DNA of 17,466 nucleotides from Candidatus Krumholzibacteriia bacterium (lineage in GTDB: Bacteria > Krumholzibacteriota > Krumholzibacteriia > WVZY01): NCBI GenBank assembly GCA_046754105.1, contig JBHHVD010000069.1:1-17466 (forward strand), read 5' to 3'. The notes under the pieces were generated by a model. That model saw only the letters and a program-made list of their open reading frames with translations. It was not told the origin of the DNA and did no database searches. Both the position numbers and the translations under genes were made by a program. Below are positions 15,003-17,466 of the stretch, one piece after another. Every line of letters starts with the position of its first letter. Positions within the stretch are counted from its first letter, which is position 1.

Positions 15003-16343
15003 CTATTCGTCCGGCTCCGTGGTACCGTCCTGCTGCCGCTTCAGGTAGGTTTCCAGGCGCTTTCGAAGCTCCTCCTCGAAACCGGCCGGCCTCGGGTCGT
15101 AAAGGCGCGTGGCTCGAAGTGCATCGGGGAAGTAGTTCTCTTTTACGAACCCCCCGGGATAATCATGGGGATACTTGTAGTCCTTGCCGTGGCCCAGGTC
15201 CTTCATGAACCGTGTGGGCGCGTTGCGGATGTGCATGGGGACCGGGTAGGGAGGGTGGCCGTGCACGAGGGCGGCCGCGCTCTTGTACGCGATGTATGAC
15301 GCGTTGCTTCGAGGCGCCAGCGCCAGGTAGATGACCGCCTGCGCCAGCGCAAGCTTGCACTCGGGGTAACCGTTGAACGCCACGGCGTCCCGCGTGGCGA
15401 TGGCGAGAACAAGCGCTCGCGGGTCGGCGTTACCGACGTCTTCCGACGCGAACACCACGAGGCGCCGCGCGATGAAGAGCGGATCCTCCCCCGCCTCACA
15501 CATGCGGGCCAGCCAGTAGAGGGACGCGTCCACGGCTCCACCGCGCAGGCTCTTGTGCAACGCCGAAATCAGGTCGTAGTGGGACTCGCCCGCCTTGTCC
15601 GAGCTCACAAGTCGCCTCTGCATGGCGTCTTCCACGTGAGAGCGGGTGAGCTCGCGTTTGCCCATGGCGCCGGCCAGTACCGACGCCGCGTAGTCGAGCG
15701 CGTTCAGCGCGGCCCTCACGTCGCCCTGGGCGATATCGGCCACGTAGGCGAGGACTCCGTCGTCCGCTTCGATGTCGCGGTCGCCAAGACCCCGTTCCAC
15801 GTCCGCCAGCGCCCGCTTGACCAGCTCGAGCACCTGGCTTTTCTCGAGCGCCTTGAGAACGAGAACCCGGGAGCGCGACAGGAGCGGGCCTATGATCTCG
15901 AAGCTCGGGTTTTCGGTGGTCGCGCCGATGAAGACGATCGTTCCATCTTCGATATGGGGCAGGAAAGCGTCCTGCTGGGCTTTGTTGAAACGGTGGATTT
16001 CATCGACAAACATGAGCAGGGGCGTGCCGTCGACCGTGCGGAGTTTTCTCGCGTCGTTGATAACGCGTTTGACCTCCGCGATACCCGAAGTCACCGCGCT
16101 GAAGATCACGAAGCGGCATTTCACGCCGCGCGCGATGATCCGTGCCAGCGTCGTCTTGCCGCAGCCCGGCGGTCCCCATAGAATCAGCGATTGTTTCAGC
16201 TCTCCCCGTTCGATCGCACGGCGAAGAAGGGTGCCCGGCCCGACGATGTCCTCTTGCCCGATGAACTCGTCCAGCGAGCGGGGCCGCATCCGCTCGGAGA
16301 GCGGTCTGGATTTGTCAACTGGATCCGAGAACGGGAGTTCCAT
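15003..16343 (-). CDS. rarA: Replication-associated recombination protein A (RarA/MgsA AAA+ ATPase)
   Basis: PLSERMRP, WGPPGCGKTTLA, FVDEIHRFNKAQQD, GATTENPSF, HYDLISALHKSLRG, ASEDVGNADP, VPMHIRNAPT, YKYPHDY; GAGG RBS. Confidence 0.97.
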   Translation of the reverse strand: MELPFSDPVDKSRPLSERMRPRSLDEFIGQEDIVGPGTLLRRAIERGELKQSLILWGPPGCGKTTLARIIARGVKCRFVIFSAVTSGIAEVKRVINDARKLRTVDGTPLLMFVDEIHRFNKAQQDAFLPHIEDGTIVFIGATTENPSFEIIGPLLSRSRVLVLKALEKSQVLELVKRALADVERGLGDRDIEADDGVLAYVADIAQGDVRAALNALDYAASVLAGAMGKRELTRSHVEDAMQRRLVSSDKAGESHYDLISALHKSLRGGAVDASLYWLARMCEAGEDPLFIARRLVVFASEDVGNADPRALVLAIATRDAVAFNGYPECKLALAQAVIYLALAPRSNASYIAYKSAAALVHGHPPYPVPMHIRNAPTRFMKDLGHGKDYKYPHDYPGGFVKENYFPDALRATRLYDPRPAGFEEELRKRLETYLKRQQDGTTEPDE

Positions 16344-16374
16344 ACGACCTCACGTGTTGCAGTCCTGATCCAAC

Positions 16375-17325
16375 TCAGGAATAGTTCGGCTTGCGGTCGA
16401 AGGAGTGATTGGCTTCGATAAAACGGACCGTCCCCGACTTGAGGCGCATGACGACCGAATGGGTCACGGCGCCTCCGTGGCGGTATTGAACCCCGCGGAG
16501 AATATCGCTGCGGGTCACACCCGTCGCGGCAAACATCAACGTTTCACCCGTGAGGAGATCGTCCATACCGAGGACGTCCGTCTTGCTCAGGTTTCGGCGT
16601 CCGAGCGCTGCCTCTTCTTTTTCGTCCAGCGCAATGAATCTGCCCTGGAAGTCGCCACCCACGCACTTGAGTGCCGCCGCCGAGAGCACACCCTCGTCGG
16701 CGCCACCGGCACCCATCAACACGTCGACGCCGCTGCCAGCGATGGCCGCCGCCATGGCTGCCGCGATATCTCCGTGCTTGATCAATTGAATGCGCGCTCC
16801 CGTCGCCCTGACTTTCTCTATTAGTTCTGCGTGGCGCTCACGATTGAGGATAGACACGGTGAGATCCTCGACGTAGGTCCTCTTGGCGTCGGCAATGTTC
16901 ACCAGGTTTTCCAAAGGGCTGGCGTTGATATCGATGCGGCCGGCTGCTTCCGGCCCGACGGCAATCTTGTCCATGTAGTCTACGGGCGCGTCGAAAAAGC
17001 CGCCCTTTCTCGCCACGGCGATTACAGAGATGGCATTTGACCGCCCCATGGCCACCGAGTCAATGCACTCCAGCGGGTCTAACGCGACGTCGACCTCGGG
17101 ACGATCGCCTTCCCCGACGATCTTGCCCTTGGACAACTCGTGGTTCGGGTCTCGCTCCCCGATGACAATCGTACCCTTGATTTTGACGGATTTGATAGCG
17201 ATGGCCATCGCTTCGCAGGCGGCACGATCCGCCTCGACGCCACTCCCCTTTCCCATCCAGCGGGAGGATGCCAAAGCTGCCGCCTCGGTCACACGGACCA
17301 GCTCGAGAGCCAGATTTCTTTCCAT
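16375..17325 (-). CDS. glpX: Class II fructose-1,6-bisphosphatase family protein (divergent active site)
   Basis: MERNLALELVRVTEAAALA, YMDKIAVG, RERH, GGADEGVLSAAALKC, FAATGVT, THSVVMR.SGTVRFI. Confidence 0.93.
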   Translation of the reverse strand: MERNLALELVRVTEAAALASSRWMGKGSGVEADRAACEAMAIAIKSVKIKGTIVIGERDPNHELSKGKIVGEGDRPEVDVALDPLECIDSVAMGRSNAISVIAVARKGGFFDAPVDYMDKIAVGPEAAGRIDINASPLENLVNIADAKRTYVEDLTVSILNRERHAELIEKVRATGARIQLIKHGDIAAAMAAAIAGSGVDVLMGAGGADEGVLSAAALKCVGGDFQGRFIALDEKEEAALGRRNLSKTDVLGMDDLLTGETLMFAATGVTRSDILRGVQYRHGGAVTHSVVMRLKSGTVRFIEANHSFDRKPNYS

Positions 17326-17466
17326 CTATGGAGTCTTTACCCTTCGGCCGTGGTGCTCGTGCGTTCGCCTTCGCCTTCACCACGTCCATGAGCGCGGCGC
17401 GTTTCGCGGCGAGCCGCGCGCCCCGTCGGGCAGGGCCGCCGCCGGCTGGTCGCCCACGCCCAGCAC

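Noticed and set aside
8842..16824. Long plus-strand ORFs (8842..9891, 11871..12905, 13959..15299, 15555..16181 and others)
   Set aside because: All are antisense to well-supported genes, show no recognisable motifs, and are expected in high-GC DNA.

Overview
GC-rich bacterial chromosomal segment with every real gene on the minus strand. In transcription order (right to left): a divergent class II FBPase (glpX), rarA, a coupled pair of UvrD-type helicase + PD-(D/E)XK nuclease fusions (AdnAB/AddAB-like), a class I SAM methyltransferase, then a block of envelope genes. That block holds an exported twin-CxxC Met-rich protein, a 14-repeat Asp-box/YCF48-like lipoprotein, a small outer-membrane beta-barrel, a TonB-dependent receptor, a Cys-rich secreted protein ending in PTESSTWGRVKALY, and the first 5 codons of another gene. 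The organism is diderm; the C-terminal TWG-x-x-K-x-LY tail suggests Ca. Krumholzibacteriota/Latescibacterota or a related FCB lineage (recall, not a search). Best leads: (1) that tail as a possible uncharacterised C-terminal sorting signal; (2) two Fnr-type boxes, each 1 nt upstream of a TTG -35 element; (3) both helicase-nuclease subunits carry a 4-Cys Fe-S staple; (4) GlpX has substitutions at catalytic motifs; (5) a ~230-nt receptor leader with repeated CCCCA motifs. No rRNA, tRNA, CRISPR array or mobile element was seen.
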